From an uncultured virus (IMG/VR IMGVR_UViG_2061766007_000699) (Duplodnaviria > Heunggongvirae > Uroviricota > Caudoviricetes): a stretch of 64,000 nucleotides of DNA. The position numbers and the translations under genes are program-made. How positions within the stretch are numbered: position 1 is the stretch's first letter; the number at the start of each line of letters is the position of its first letter. Below, in pieces: positions 19,133 through 29,302 of the stretch. The notes under the pieces were generated by a model. The model did not search any database. It was not told where the DNA came from and was given only the letters and a program-made list of their open reading frames with translations. The stretch lies in IMG/VR virus record IMGVR_UViG_2061766007_000699; one strand, 5' to 3'.

Positions 19133-22100
19133 CTAGTGATAATACCTCTTGGCGGCTTCAATCTGTCTGTCCTTTCCGAAGTTGGAAATCTTCTTCAGGT
19201 ATCCGATAATTCGTGTCGCATAGGAGATTGACTTGGAGCCACAGGCGGGACATTCTTCTAGAGTGTGTTTGTCAATGTGGCCACAGGATTCACAAACAGT
19301 GGCCATGATGTTTGTAGTCCAATAGTTGCACCCTTCTGTAGCCGCAATGCACATCATCTTGTAGTATTGTTCAGCATCGGGGTATTCACGAAGATTCAGA
19401 TGAAGAGCGGAGCCCCCGTCTAGGTAGGAAATCATGCTACCGCCATGAAGTCTGAATTTATCTATGATGTTCAGAGTGGTGTCTTCTACCTTGTAGAAAT
19501 AGGAATTGTAGCAGTCACGAGGAACTTCCAATCCCGCCTCTCTGTCCCACTTGGAATTTTTCACACCCAAGTTTTCTGCGGGGACATATTCGGTGTTGAA
19601 CTTATAGCCATACTTAGCTTTACCCGCTTTGTCTGTATCGTATATCACCTTCAAGACACCCGAAACGAAATCCTTGTATGGCTGATTGTCGGAAATTTCA
19701 TATCCAAGATATTCACACCCTTCCACCAAACCATTGATACCCGTGGTTAGGAACTGTTTGTCTAGGTCAATGAAACCCGCATCGTAAACGGGCAACATCT
19801 TGTGAGCCTTGTAGGATTCCATTACGGAGCGATAGGACACCTGATACTTCTGTATCTTCTCAACTTGAATCTTGACCTCTTCCTTGATACGCTCAATCAA
19901 CTCTTCCTTATGTTCCTTGAGCATGGTGTCCTTATCCATTTCCTTTTCGGTCATGAATGACTTGGCCACATTCTGAATTAGACGATTGAAATTGATGGTG
20001 ATGACATTGATAGAGCCTGACTTTACACCCCCCGCACCAAGCGAATAGGAGAAATCGTTATCGGCAACTTCATTCCGAAGCCGACAGCAAGATGAGAGGC
20101 TGTCTACCGAATCGGATTCATAGATGAAGAACGAATTGCCTTCTGACAAATCCTTGGCTCTGTCTCTAGCGAACTGTTCATCCAACGGCTTTTCCTTGTC
20201 CACTACCATGGCGGCAGTTACAACAGGGAAAGTCAGGAGAGCCTTAGTCCGCTCTTCGTTGAACCATTGCATGAAGAAATTTTGCAACTTCTGAACTGAC
20301 TTCCAAGACGGCTGAGTGAAATCGGGGAAATAGAAGTTGCCGAAGAGAGAGTCAAAATAGTTTTTGTCAAACAGAGAGATGTTCCAAAAGGTAGACTGAT
20401 AATTGCGTGCCCCAGCGGGCTGATTCAAACAATAGACTACCTGTTGGAGAAGGTCAGTGATTTCTTTCTTGTTGGTCTTCAGATAATTGTCCCCGTAGTC
20501 CTTGCGAGCGAAATAGTCAAAGTAGGTCAGGAACTCAACTGTGGCAACGGCGCCGGCGAACTGACACGCAATGGAATAAATCAGATTGACAAAAGAGCCG
20601 CAGAAGGAATGAAGGTGCTTGGGTGCCTGTGATTCTCCGCCTAGAGATTTCATGCCGCTGACTAGGAACGGATACATGGAGATGGCAGTGCAGTTGTGCA
20701 CCCAAAGACCGTTACAGACGAAACTGTGGCTGTCAGTTGTAATATCGTAGATGTATTCGTTTTGTTCAAGGAATTTTTCGTTGACGATGGCCTGAACATT
20801 TGAAACATTCATCCATCCACTCAAGTGAGTCTTTTCGGAACTTGTTTCCTGTTTCAATGAAGATGTCTTGATACAATCAAATACCTTGTTTTTGTCTTTG
20901 AACGATACACCAAATAGCTGATACTTCTGTTTTATCAGTTTGTTGTTTCCAAAAGGACATTCTTGGGATGTAAAGCTAGTTGGAATGCCTAGAGCATTCA
21001 ACACATAAGATGTCTGACACACCAATGTTCTTGACGAAACTCTTATGCTAATACCCTTGTTATCTGTTGCTGTTCCGTCCGAATCAATAAGCCCTTCAAT
21101 CAAACCCTTGGCGAAATCTTCATTATACTCAAAAACATTTTCGGGCAGATTTTTATTCTGAGCATAATGACCAATCCTAAAGACATCATTCAATAAAGTC
21201 CAAATAAGCGGGTCTCCGTTTATCATTCTATATCCATCCTGTTCACCATATTTCTTTGAAATAACAGATGGAGAACAAAAATGACTAAACGCTATATCCA
21301 TCAAACGAAGAAGGACACCATCAGTCTTCTGAGTAAAATTGACAAAGCTACTCGCCTCATTGAAATCACCATCACCAATAAAGAAACCTACATAGTAGCC
21401 CAATTCTCTGTCTAACTTGATAGTCTTCGGAGCGGCATAGTATTTGTGGTTTTCAGACTTCTGATAAACTACACATGTGTCGGTTTCACTAATTACATTG
21501 ACACCGCCATTTACCAAAATATCCTTTGTGTTTAGCTCGGTTATATTCCCAAATCCACCTTCTTTGGAAATACGAAGTTGTTTTTCACCAACACAAGCGT
21601 ATGCGCTGACAGTGTTATCAACATCGTCAGAAACAATCATTGGGTGATTGTCTGTTACGATAATATCATTGTTGAAGGCAGTCTTTACTCTTACCAAATT
21701 ACGGTGACGAATTTTCTTGATAAGCCGTGAGACCCTGACATATCCATTTCTGTCGGAAATGGTCATGTCTACAGGATACTTACCCCAAACACCCTTTTCT
21801 TCATCAAGCAAAATCTCTTCTTCATTACACAAATCATACAGTCGCTCAAAAGAAACTAAGTAACTCTTTCCGTTGTATTTGACATCAACGACTTCTCTAG
21901 CTCCATAAGTATACGGCATGAGGCTAGTTTCATCGTGACAATATATCTCATGCTCTTCCAACTGTCTGATGTATTCGTCAGCGGTATCCACATCAAACAA
22001 CTTGGAAATCTTGTTGTAGAGGATTTTTCTGTTGACCTGAATGTTGATGTCTTTGTTCAACTCGCATGCCATAGAGGTCATGTTCTTCATCGTGACATTG

Positions 22101-22213
22101 GCATTGCTGTCAAGTTTTGCTCCCGTTGCGGGGTTTTCAGCGTGGGTGAAATCCTTGATGAAATCCAACTTCTTTTCAATTTGCTTATTGGTTAGCTTGA
22201 CGAAACCTGACAT
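19133..22213 (-). CDS. nrdD: Class III anaerobic ribonucleotide reductase with intein
   Basis: LTFPV, SSCCRL, VPAENLG, CESC/CPAC and TRIIGYL glycyl-radical motif. Confidence 0.96.
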   Translation of the reverse strand: MSGFVKLTNKQIEKKLDFIKDFTHAENPATGAKLDSNANVTMKNMTSMACELNKDINIQVNRKILYNKISKLFDVDTADEYIRQLEEHEIYCHDETSLMPYTYGAREVVDVKYNGKSYLVSFERLYDLCNEEEILLDEEKGVWGKYPVDMTISDRNGYVRVSRLIKKIRHRNLVRVKTAFNNDIIVTDNHPMIVSDDVDNTVSAYACVGEKQLRISKEGGFGNITELNTKDILVNGGVNVISETDTCVVYQKSENHKYYAAPKTIKLDRELGYYVGFFIGDGDFNEASSFVNFTQKTDGVLLRLMDIAFSHFCSPSVISKKYGEQDGYRMINGDPLIWTLLNDVFRIGHYAQNKNLPENVFEYNEDFAKGLIEGLIDSDGTATDNKGISIRVSSRTLVCQTSYVLNALGIPTSFTSQECPFGNNKLIKQKYQLFGVSFKDKNKVFDCIKTSSLKQETSSEKTHLSGWMNVSNVQAIVNEKFLEQNEYIYDITTDSHSFVCNGLWVHNCTAISMYPFLVSGMKSLGGESQAPKHLHSFCGSFVNLIYSIACQFAGAVATVEFLTYFDYFARKDYGDNYLKTNKKEITDLLQQVVYCLNQPAGARNYQSTFWNISLFDKNYFDSLFGNFYFPDFTQPSWKSVQKLQNFFMQWFNEERTKALLTFPVVTAAMVVDKEKPLDEQFARDRAKDLSEGNSFFIYESDSVDSLSSCCRLRNEVADNDFSYSLGAGGVKSGSINVITINFNRLIQNVAKSFMTEKEMDKDTMLKEHKEELIERIKEEVKIQVEKIQKYQVSYRSVMESYKAHKMLPVYDAGFIDLDKQFLTTGINGLVEGCEYLGYEISDNQPYKDFVSGVLKVIYDTDKAGKAKYGYKFNTEYVPAENLGVKNSKWDREAGLEVPRDCYNSYFYKVEDTTLNIIDKFRLHGGSMISYLDGGSALHLNLREYPDAEQYYKMMCIAATEGCNYWTTNIMATVCESCGHIDKHTLEECPACGSKSISYATRIIGYLKKISNFGKDRQIEAAKRYYH
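20693..21910 (-). mobile_element. LAGLIDADG intein (406 aa) in NrdD
   Basis: Junctions SLMPY|TYGARE and VHN|CTAISMYPF; block B VTDNHP; GFFIGDG and GLIDSDG endonuclease motifs; block F YDITT. Confidence 0.92.
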
Positions 22214-22294
22214 ACTTCCTCTTGTGGTGAATGTTTGGCTGTAAACATAGAAACTTCTCGCTCCTATGTATCGTGATTTGAAGAACTGTTTGAA

Positions 22295-23890
22295 TTAACT
22301 TTCTGCAATCTGCTTGAGTCTTTCAACGGCATAATCGGAGGTAATCAACTTGACACCTTCTTCGGTTATTCTGCCGTCTATGTCAACTAACCCACACCCT
22401 TCCAATTCGTCTATGGCTTCGGAGGTGATTGGTTTGTCTTCCAAGTTGCCTTCCTGTGTCATGGCGAACAGAGCGACCAACGCTTCATCCGAAATTGCGG
22501 AGAAACTGAAATCGTCACCCGTCACTTCCTCGCTCAGAAACCTCTTCCATCTTGAAAGATTCTTGGATTCCTTGATTAGACCTTTGTCATTGGGATTGAT
22601 GACGAAGTTGCCCCGTGAAAGAACATTCCTCGCAATCAGGGCCTTGGTGCTCTTGTCCGCTCTGCTTCTGACTTCAAAAGGAACTCCGTTCAGTTTCTTC
22701 TTTCCAAGTTGGATGTTCAGCTTGACAACGGGGACATCTCTTCTTTCGCCCGAAGCCAACGAATAGGTAATGGTATCGTAAAGCGGATACTTGCATTCCT
22801 TCCCATTGTGAACGAAAGAAACCACATTGTCATCCACTCTGATGTCTTCACCGTCTATGATGGAATACTCTCTGTCAGCGGTGTCAATGGAACTGTTGAT
22901 TTTGCCGAAGTCTTCAACTACAACATCTTCTTCGTATCCAACAGTGGTAATCTTCGTGGAATTGGAACAACACCGCAAGATGAAATCGGCCATCTTCTCA
23001 ATGCAATCCTTGTGGACGGTGATGAAACCATCGGTGCCGGGGCATGAGTTGGTTTCAATCACATAGATGTTGCCGTCCTCAGCAACGATATGGTCAACAC
23101 CACAAATCTCGCACTTGGAGGCTTTGGCCGCTTTCTTGACGATTTCTTCCTCCTCGTTAGTCAAATCGTAGTTTTCAACGGTGCCGCCCTGTGAGAAATT
23201 GTTTCTGAAGTCTCCCTCAGGAGCGATTCTCTTCATGGAGCCGATTATTTCACCGCCTACAACGATTGTCCTGATGTCCCCATGATTGGGAACAAACTCC
23301 TGAATGAGCATGCCCTCGTCTCGGACTCTTGTGCCTATCTTCCAAATCGCCTGAAAGATTGGCTTCACGAGATTGGGTTTATCTACCTTGAAGACACCAA
23401 CACCCAACGAGCCCGTGAGTGTCTTGCAAACAACGGGGAACTCAAAATCCTTCAGCTTTTCGTCAATGGAATCAATGTCCGAAATCAATTCGGTCTTCGG
23501 TGTGGGTATTCCGTTCTTTCTACAAATGCGGTCATACACACCCTTGGAGCGTGCGTTTCTAATGCCGTCCAAAGAGTTGACGATATAGACACCAATGTCC
23601 TCTAGGTCTTCCACGAAATCACAACAAGACCGTCTGTTCACAATGCCGTTGGAGACTACACAGGCAGTATTTTCAGGGTCAAACTCAATAACCTGAAAGC
23701 CCTTGCCAATGTTCTCTTTGCCTCCAACTATGGCTTCAATTTTGCCGTTCTCGTCTATTACCTTGGCAGTTCTCGCATCAACAGAATAGACATTGATACC
23801 TCTATTCTGCAATTCCATGTAGATACGCAAATGGGTCTTGGAAATTTTGCCGTTCTTGGGACTTGCAAATAGAACTGTCTTCTCGCTCAT
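22295..23890 (-). CDS. RimK-family ATP-grasp ligase fused to a RimK-associated protease-like domain
   Basis: GSLGVGV, IQEFV, DIR, FRNNFSQGG, GVD and ETNSCPG. ATG 23890 has a GAGG SD and follows CTAAATA at 23911-23917. Confidence 0.88.
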   Translation of the reverse strand: MSEKTVLFASPKNGKISKTHLRIYMELQNRGINVYSVDARTAKVIDENGKIEAIVGGKENIGKGFQVIEFDPENTACVVSNGIVNRRSCCDFVEDLEDIGVYIVNSLDGIRNARSKGVYDRICRKNGIPTPKTELISDIDSIDEKLKDFEFPVVCKTLTGSLGVGVFKVDKPNLVKPIFQAIWKIGTRVRDEGMLIQEFVPNHGDIRTIVVGGEIIGSMKRIAPEGDFRNNFSQGGTVENYDLTNEEEEIVKKAAKASKCEICGVDHIVAEDGNIYVIETNSCPGTDGFITVHKDCIEKMADFILRCCSNSTKITTVGYEEDVVVEDFGKINSSIDTADREYSIIDGEDIRVDDNVVSFVHNGKECKYPLYDTITYSLASGERRDVPVVKLNIQLGKKKLNGVPFEVRSRADKSTKALIARNVLSRGNFVINPNDKGLIKESKNLSRWKRFLSEEVTGDDFSFSAISDEALVALFAMTQEGNLEDKPITSEAIDELEGCGLVDIDGRITEEGVKLITSDYAVERLKQIAES

Positions 23891-23931
23891 CGGTGCTACC
23901 TCTTTGCTACTATTTAGTTTGAAACCCATCT

Positions 23932-24702
23932 TCAGAGTTTGAGCATATTTCCAAATGCTACTGACAATCTAGGATTTTTGAATGTGAAGCGATTGGCGCC
24001 GGGGGTGAATGTCATTTCACCTAGATAAACTGTATCTCCAACTTCATAAAAGTCAACTCTTACAAATCTGAACGGCTCGGATAACTTCTCAGCGTATTCC
24101 TTCATTTGTTCAAAGTGTTTCGGTTTTGGAAAAACGAAACAAGACGGCTCATTCCAATCTCTTATGAAAACGAAGTCTGAATTGTATCTAGTGATTGGGC
24201 CGTGTCCAAAACCTGAATTGACACTGATTAAACCTAGCTTTCCGTTGAACATCCAAAGTCTGTAGTCTGTCATGCTAGCAGAATGATTTTCACTGACTAG
24301 CAGTTTTTCGGTGAAGCATTTTCGTTCAATATACAAATAATGTGGCTCAAAACATTGCAATCCAAAGGGCTTGGATAGCCATGACTTCATTGTAGCGATA
24401 GCGTTGTTTACATCAAACTGTTTTTTATCACGGCATATCATCACCTGTCCGCTAGCATGATTTGACTTCAGCACGAAATTGTCAGGTAGTTCACCTAGAG
24501 TAAAGTCTTCAGGTTTCTCAAACACTTTCAAAACAGGGACACAAATATCCTTTCCAAGTTTTTCTTTCACATATTCGTGAACTTTCAATTTGTCAGCACA
24601 TATCGGTTTCAGATAATTCATCGTATCGTAAATCTGTAGCCATGCAAGTTTTTCTTGAATGGTTATAGGTCTATCAGGTATGTTCGCACCGAAAAACATC
24701 AC
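23932..24702 (-). CDS. TupA-like ATP-grasp protein
   Basis: ADKLKV, FVLKSNHASG and FVRVDFY...GEMTFTPG. Confidence 0.88.
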   Translation of the reverse strand: MMFFGANIPDRPITIQEKLAWLQIYDTMNYLKPICADKLKVHEYVKEKLGKDICVPVLKVFEKPEDFTLGELPDNFVLKSNHASGQVMICRDKKQFDVNNAIATMKSWLSKPFGLQCFEPHYLYIERKCFTEKLLVSENHSASMTDYRLWMFNGKLGLISVNSGFGHGPITRYNSDFVFIRDWNEPSCFVFPKPKHFEQMKEYAEKLSEPFRFVRVDFYEVGDTVYLGEMTFTPGANRFTFKNPRLSVAFGNMLKL

Positions 24703-24708
24703 ATCACC

Positions 24709-25260
24709 TTAGTCTACTAGCACCATCCAAGAGGTATCGCAAAATGTCTTATACGGCTCTCCCAAAAGTTCTCGGACAGCCCTGATAACACCAATTCTAT
24801 CCATTTGAATGAAGTCATGACCTGAGAGGATACCGCCTTTCTTGACCTTCGGTAGCCACATCTGAATGTCACTCTTGACAAAATCGTATTCGTGATTCGC
24901 ATCAATGTAGACGAAATCCACGGAGCCATCAGCGATTTCCAACTCTGATATTGCCTTTGCTGAATCACCCTTGAACTTGTGAATGGTAGGATATTTCTGC
25001 GCAACAAGGTCAAAATCCTTTTCCGCCAATTCAGCTGTGCTAGAAGTGTAGGCATCCTTTGGGTCAAATCCATTAGTCCACAGGTCCACGCAAACGATTG
25101 ACTTGAACAGACCTGTCTTTGCCCACACTTCGGAGGATTCACCCGCATAGGAGCCCACTTCTACCATTGTGAGATTTTCTCCACATCGTGAGTGGACTTC
25201 TTTCGCCAAGTCAATCAGACCTTGCACACCTCTAGCATCACGCATTTTGTTAAGAGCCAT
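24709..25260 (-). CDS. Class I SAM-dependent methyltransferase (Methyltransf_24-like)
   Basis: VEVGSYAGES, FVYIDANHEY and GGILSGHDF. Confidence 0.9.
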   Translation of the reverse strand: MALNKMRDARGVQGLIDLAKEVHSRCGENLTMVEVGSYAGESSEVWAKTGLFKSIVCVDLWTNGFDPKDAYTSSTAELAEKDFDLVAQKYPTIHKFKGDSAKAISELEIADGSVDFVYIDANHEYDFVKSDIQMWLPKVKKGGILSGHDFIQMDRIGVIRAVRELLGEPYKTFCDTSWMVLVD

Positions 25261-25272
25261 TTGCTGTCCTCC

Positions 25273-25303
25273 AAGAAAGAAGGGCGGGTTTTGACCGCCC
25301 TTC
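25273..25303. terminator. Probable intrinsic terminator
   Basis: Stem GAAGGGCGG/CCGCCCTTC with A/T-rich flanks. Confidence 0.7.
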
Positions 25304-25331
25304 GTATTTATTATTTCTCACAACAATAAAC

Positions 25332-25640
25332 TTAAAACCAACTTACATAGGCATATTTGCCTGTTGGTGCTCGCTTCAATTCCGATACAAATCTTCGCAA
25401 ATCTTCTGCCGTTATTTCCACATAGTCACTTCTTATATCTGCGTAGGCATCTTCGGGTATTTCTCTCAGAGATGACTTTTCAATCTCCCACTCGTCGCTA
25501 TCCGCTCCGTCTTCACCGGCATACACATCAACACCATTTTCATACAGCCAATCATAAATTACAGGTTTACACCAATTAAAATAGCTACTATCGCCGTATT
25601 CGATTTCGTGTTTCGTCTGAATGTGTGCTCTAAAACCCAT
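25332..25640 (-). CDS. Hypothetical acidic protein
   Basis: ATG 25640 after A-run plus AGGA; CTAAATA at 25691-25697. Confidence 0.75.
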   Translation of the reverse strand: MGFRAHIQTKHEIEYGDSSYFNWCKPVIYDWLYENGVDVYAGEDGADSDEWEIEKSSLREIPEDAYADIRSDYVEITAEDLRRFVSELKRAPTGKYAYVSWF

Positions 25641-25703
25641 GTTTCCATCCTTTTTTTTGAGCAAATTTGCCCAATGGTTATACCTGTTTCTATTTAGTCT
25701 TGA

Positions 25704-25871
25704 TTACTGTCTACAATTTTGGTGCCATGAGTCTCTTGCTTTCTCAACTCGCTTGTTTATCTTCTCCTTGATGACTTCGTTGATGTCGGCCTCCAAAGCC
25801 TTGAAGTCATTGTTCATACAGCGACCAATGAGAGTATCGTTGAATCTGTCAAAATCCTGTATCTTCAGCAT
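25704..25871 (-). CDS. Small hypothetical protein (55 aa)
   Basis: MLKIQDFDRF...; below the ORF-track cutoff; GAGGA SD; fills the intergenic space. Confidence 0.6.
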   Translation of the reverse strand: MLKIQDFDRFNDTLIGRCMNNDFKALEADINEVIKEKINKRVEKARDSWHQNCRQ

Positions 25872-25873
25872 GG

Positions 25874-26455
25874 TTATTCCTCGCTGTCAGTTTCCTCTTC
25901 CTCTTCTTTGGGCTCCTCACCTGTTCCTCTATCATAAATGGCGGCAACGAGCTGTAGCCAATCGCTCTTGAGATATTCCTTGATGGCATCTTCAGGGACG
26001 ATACCATTCTTCTTTTCCATGTAGTTTTCCAAAGCACCGATAATGATGTCTTCAATGTCTCTAGAAATGGATAGGCAATTATGGTAATCCATTTCCTTGA
26101 CAATTGCTTCGGTATTCAGTTCCAACTCAGGTAGCTTTTCCTCTTCTTCGTCATCGTCAGTCGCTTCGGTGATGACCTTGACTTCACCCTCTTCCTTGCA
26201 ATTTTCAAAAGATTCCTTGGCGAGATAAGGCTTGTGACCACGAGAAACCTTGAGACAATCTTTAGCTACGGAAATCCATCTTTCCGCTCTGTCTCCGTAA
26301 ATGGAGATTTCGTCAATCAGTTCTCTTAGCTGATTCTGCTGAGCCCTTGACAGACCGCCATTATCTAAACACATTCCAAAAAGGACATCCATTTGGTCTA
26401 TCAAGCTATCATATTTGGTGTTGAACTCACGAATCATTCGTCTATGTCTAATCAT
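25874..26455 (-). CDS. Tagged acidic protein
   Basis: Leader MIRHRRMIRE; GGAGG SD; CTAAATA at 26522-26528. Confidence 0.8.
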   Translation of the reverse strand: MIRHRRMIREFNTKYDSLIDQMDVLFGMCLDNGGLSRAQQNQLRELIDEISIYGDRAERWISVAKDCLKVSRGHKPYLAKESFENCKEEGEVKVITEATDDDEEEEKLPELELNTEAIVKEMDYHNCLSISRDIEDIIIGALENYMEKKNGIVPEDAIKEYLKSDWLQLVAAIYDRGTGEEPKEEEEETDSEE

Positions 26456-26524
26456 TTCATTTCCTCCAAAACCCGGCCTTTCACTCTCTTCATATTCACA
26501 TTTTTGGGTTTCGCTCTTCTGTAT

Positions 26525-28003
26525 TTAGCTTACATTAACCGTCCGCTTGACACAGGGAAATTCCTGTTCCTTGTAGTAGTGTGCCCTTTCATCCCAATGC
26601 TTGAACATGTAATTCTGCTTTAGCTTTCCGTTTTTGGAAACATAGGAGAAGTCATCTACCAAATCCCATAGCACCAACTTTTCCTTGCTCTTGTGCGTTC
26701 TCAATCCTCGCCCAATGCTCTGAAGGACACGAATTTCAGACTTTGAAGACGAGCCAAAGATGACATTGTGAATCTTGTGGATGTTGACCCCCGTGCTCAT
26801 AGTCCCATAAGTAGCGACCATAACCACATTCCGCTTTTCATCCATGTCCTTTCTGAGCTGTTCACGCTTCTGTGGGTCTGTCTTTCCGTTGATTTCGCAT
26901 ATCCGCATTTTGTCCCCGAAGGCGGCAATCAGATGTTCCTTCAGCCGTTCCAAATGGTCTAGGTGATTGACTAGGATTAGGGTATTCTGACCTGAAGGCA
27001 AATTCTTCAGGATGTAGTCAAAGACTTGCATCCGTTGTTCACTCTTCTCAACAAGGTCTACTTCTTCGGGGTAAGACCTGTTCCTACCCAACTTGGCGAT
27101 TTCTTCGGGGTATTTGATGAAGATGTTGGCTACTACAATCTTGGATAGTATGCCTTCTTTCATCAGTTCCTTGGACTTCAACTCATAGATTTTCGGCCCC
27201 AACATTCCGCAAATGTTCAGATTGTCACACACTTCTTTCGGCAATGTCCCCGTGAATCCCAAACGGAACTTGGCGTTCACGCATTGCTTGGCGATTTTCT
27301 GTAGCTCTGTAGATTTGACCGAATGGGCTTCGTCATTCAAGATGGCCGTGAAATCCTCAAAGAAAGAGGAAGGCTTGCGCATGATGGATTGGTATGTGGT
27401 GATGAGGACACACTTTTTGAAAGTTGGCTTCTGCTCCGCATACAGTTTCTCAACATAGTCTTCCTGTTCTTTCCATCCATAGGAAACGAAGTCCGAATAC
27501 ATCTGTTCCACTAGTGAGACCTTTGGAACTACCAATAGGATTTTTCCGTTGGTCTCTTCCATAATCATTCGGATGATGAGATAAATGACTAGGGATTTGC
27601 CTGAGCCTGTCGCTGAAACCACTACACCCTTTGCGTTGGTCATGGCGGCTGAGACTTCTTCCGCTTGGTAGTCTCTTGGGGCGAACGGCATCTCCAATTT
27701 CTTGGCGAACTCGTTGACCTCTTCAACGGAAACGGGGTTTCGCTTTTCAAACATTTCGCTACTGAGTTCCAATGGCCGTTCATAGCTCTTGCAAAACTCT
27801 TCGGCCATATAGAACAGACCTTGGGGCAACATCCTAGTCCTTGCATCAAAGTAGGAGATTTTGCCGTCCCACATGTGCGCCTTGAACTTGGGATTGTATT
27901 GGAAATTCGGTGCAAAGAAAGAAGTGTAGTTTCTGAAGGCCACGGTCTCTTCGTAGTCCGTTTCTACCCTGAGGTAAACTTCATTGAGTTTGGAAACTCG
28001 CAC
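26525..28003 (-). CDS. uvsW: UvsW SF2 DNA helicase
   Basis: WDGKI, RDYQ, TGSGKS, DEAH, GFTGT and LQSIGRGLR. Confidence 0.95.
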   Translation of the reverse strand: MRVSKLNEVYLRVETDYEETVAFRNYTSFFAPNFQYNPKFKAHMWDGKISYFDARTRMLPQGLFYMAEEFCKSYERPLELSSEMFEKRNPVSVEEVNEFAKKLEMPFAPRDYQAEEVSAAMTNAKGVVVSATGSGKSLVIYLIIRMIMEETNGKILLVVPKVSLVEQMYSDFVSYGWKEQEDYVEKLYAEQKPTFKKCVLITTYQSIMRKPSSFFEDFTAILNDEAHSVKSTELQKIAKQCVNAKFRLGFTGTLPKEVCDNLNICGMLGPKIYELKSKELMKEGILSKIVVANIFIKYPEEIAKLGRNRSYPEEVDLVEKSEQRMQVFDYILKNLPSGQNTLILVNHLDHLERLKEHLIAAFGDKMRICEINGKTDPQKREQLRKDMDEKRNVVMVATYGTMSTGVNIHKIHNVIFGSSSKSEIRVLQSIGRGLRTHKSKEKLVLWDLVDDFSYVSKNGKLKQNYMFKHWDERAHYYKEQEFPCVKRTVNVS

Positions 28004-28016
28004 TTCCTTTCTCCGT

Positions 28017-28148
28017 TCAATCGTTTTTGGTATCGCCCATCAGTCGCTTGATTTCAGCTCTGATGTGAATCAATAGCTTGACTAGGTTTGGCATCAGCAA
28101 ACCCATTATGATAAGGTAGCTGAGTAGAATTTTGGTATCAGGAGACAC
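28017..28148 (-). CDS. Possible small membrane peptide (43 aa)
   Basis: GTG-started ORF with a hydrophobic stretch that fills the intergenic space. Confidence 0.35.
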   Translation of the reverse strand: MSPDTKILLSYLIIMGLLMPNLVKLLIHIRAEIKRLMGDTKND

Positions 28149-28458
28149 AACGCACCCCATTGTCAAAGATTATGGTGGTGTTTGGGAGATACATGTTTGC
28201 TACTTCTCGCTCAATCATGCACCCTCTAGCGTTTTCCCATCCATAGGCGAAACAAATGATGTCCGCATCCGCCATCATTTTGATGGATTCAGATATAGCA
28301 TATAGCGGATTTTTCTTATCGTTGCCCTTGATGAAGGAATCAATGATTTCAACATCACCGTGCTCTTTCTTGATTTGACCGATTAGATATTCTCGCTCCT
28401 CCTTGATTTCTTCTTCAGAGCGACCTCGCATCGGCTGAGAAATAAAGACTTTCTTCAT
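28138..28458 (-). CDS. DUF4406/nucleoside deoxyribosyltransferase-like protein
   Basis: KVFISQPMRG and GWENARGCMIE. Confidence 0.75.
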   Translation of the reverse strand: MKKVFISQPMRGRSEEEIKEEREYLIGQIKKEHGDVEIIDSFIKGNDKKNPLYAISESIKMMADADIICFAYGWENARGCMIEREVANMYLPNTTIIFDNGVRCVS

Positions 28459-28811
28459 TGCTGTTCTCCTATGTTCTTTGCGAATTTTTCCATTACCTTA
28501 GAAGCCTCTATCACAAACTTTCTATGAAGTCCTAGTCTAGCACACTCAGCATTAGAAGACTTATTCCATCTCTTCCATTTCTTGTAGATACGCATGAGAA
28601 GTTCATGGTCTGATGGTATCACTTCTTTCTTGCTCCAAGCGACAAAGTTTTCAGCACAATGAAGGACATCTTTCTTGCAATCCTTTATAGCGGGGCATCC
28701 CTTGCAAGCCTCGTCACCATAATTAGTGACATCAGTCATGAAACCAAGCAAATCGGCAAAATGTTCCGCTGTAAGGGTTTCCTTCAATTTTTCCCAATTA
28801 GTCATTCTCAT
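28455..28811 (-). CDS. Hypothetical protein with Cys cluster
   Basis: CKGCP..C..C; translationally coupled to its neighbour. Confidence 0.75.
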   Translation of the reverse strand: MRMTNWEKLKETLTAEHFADLLGFMTDVTNYGDEACKGCPAIKDCKKDVLHCAENFVAWSKKEVIPSDHELLMRIYKKWKRWNKSSNAECARLGLHRKFVIEASKVMEKFAKNIGEQQ

Positions 28812-28828
28812 CTCCTGTCATCTCACAG

Positions 28829-29278
28829 TCATCTGCTCCATTCAATCGTTGCTTCGGGGTGTTTGATACAGAGACACAACAGTCCCTCGGTAAATGGAAT
28901 CAACCCATACCTATGACCATACAAATCCGTGTTTTCAAGTTCACCCCATTTATACCATTTCTCTCTTGGCAAATCAACAACAGTCAAATTTCCGTTCTTT
29001 ACTGCGACATCCGTCTTAACAGTTGTTTCATATCTCTTCAGTCTTGTTTCGTTGTCGGACATGTATTTAAGTCCGTTTTCTAGATATTTGATTAATTCTG
29101 AAGGTTTCCAATTAACATCATCGTGGTTCCACAAAACATCATACAGAGTGATTTTCCGTCCACAAACTTCATCAACGGTCACATGCTTTGCGATTCGCCC
29201 GGCGTTATGGGTAATGTTCAGTCTTTCACTGAACTTCCTTTTACCTCTCTTCCATTCAAGAAATATATCAAGAGACAT
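28829..29278 (-). CDS. Hypothetical phage protein
   Basis: MSLDI...NITHN pattern seen in phage hypotheticals. Confidence 0.75.
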   Translation of the reverse strand: MSLDIFLEWKRGKRKFSERLNITHNAGRIAKHVTVDEVCGRKITLYDVLWNHDDVNWKPSELIKYLENGLKYMSDNETRLKRYETTVKTDVAVKNGNLTVVDLPREKWYKWGELENTDLYGHRYGLIPFTEGLLCLCIKHPEATIEWSR

Positions 29279-29302
29279 GTTTACCCCTTCTTTTTTTCTT
29301 AT

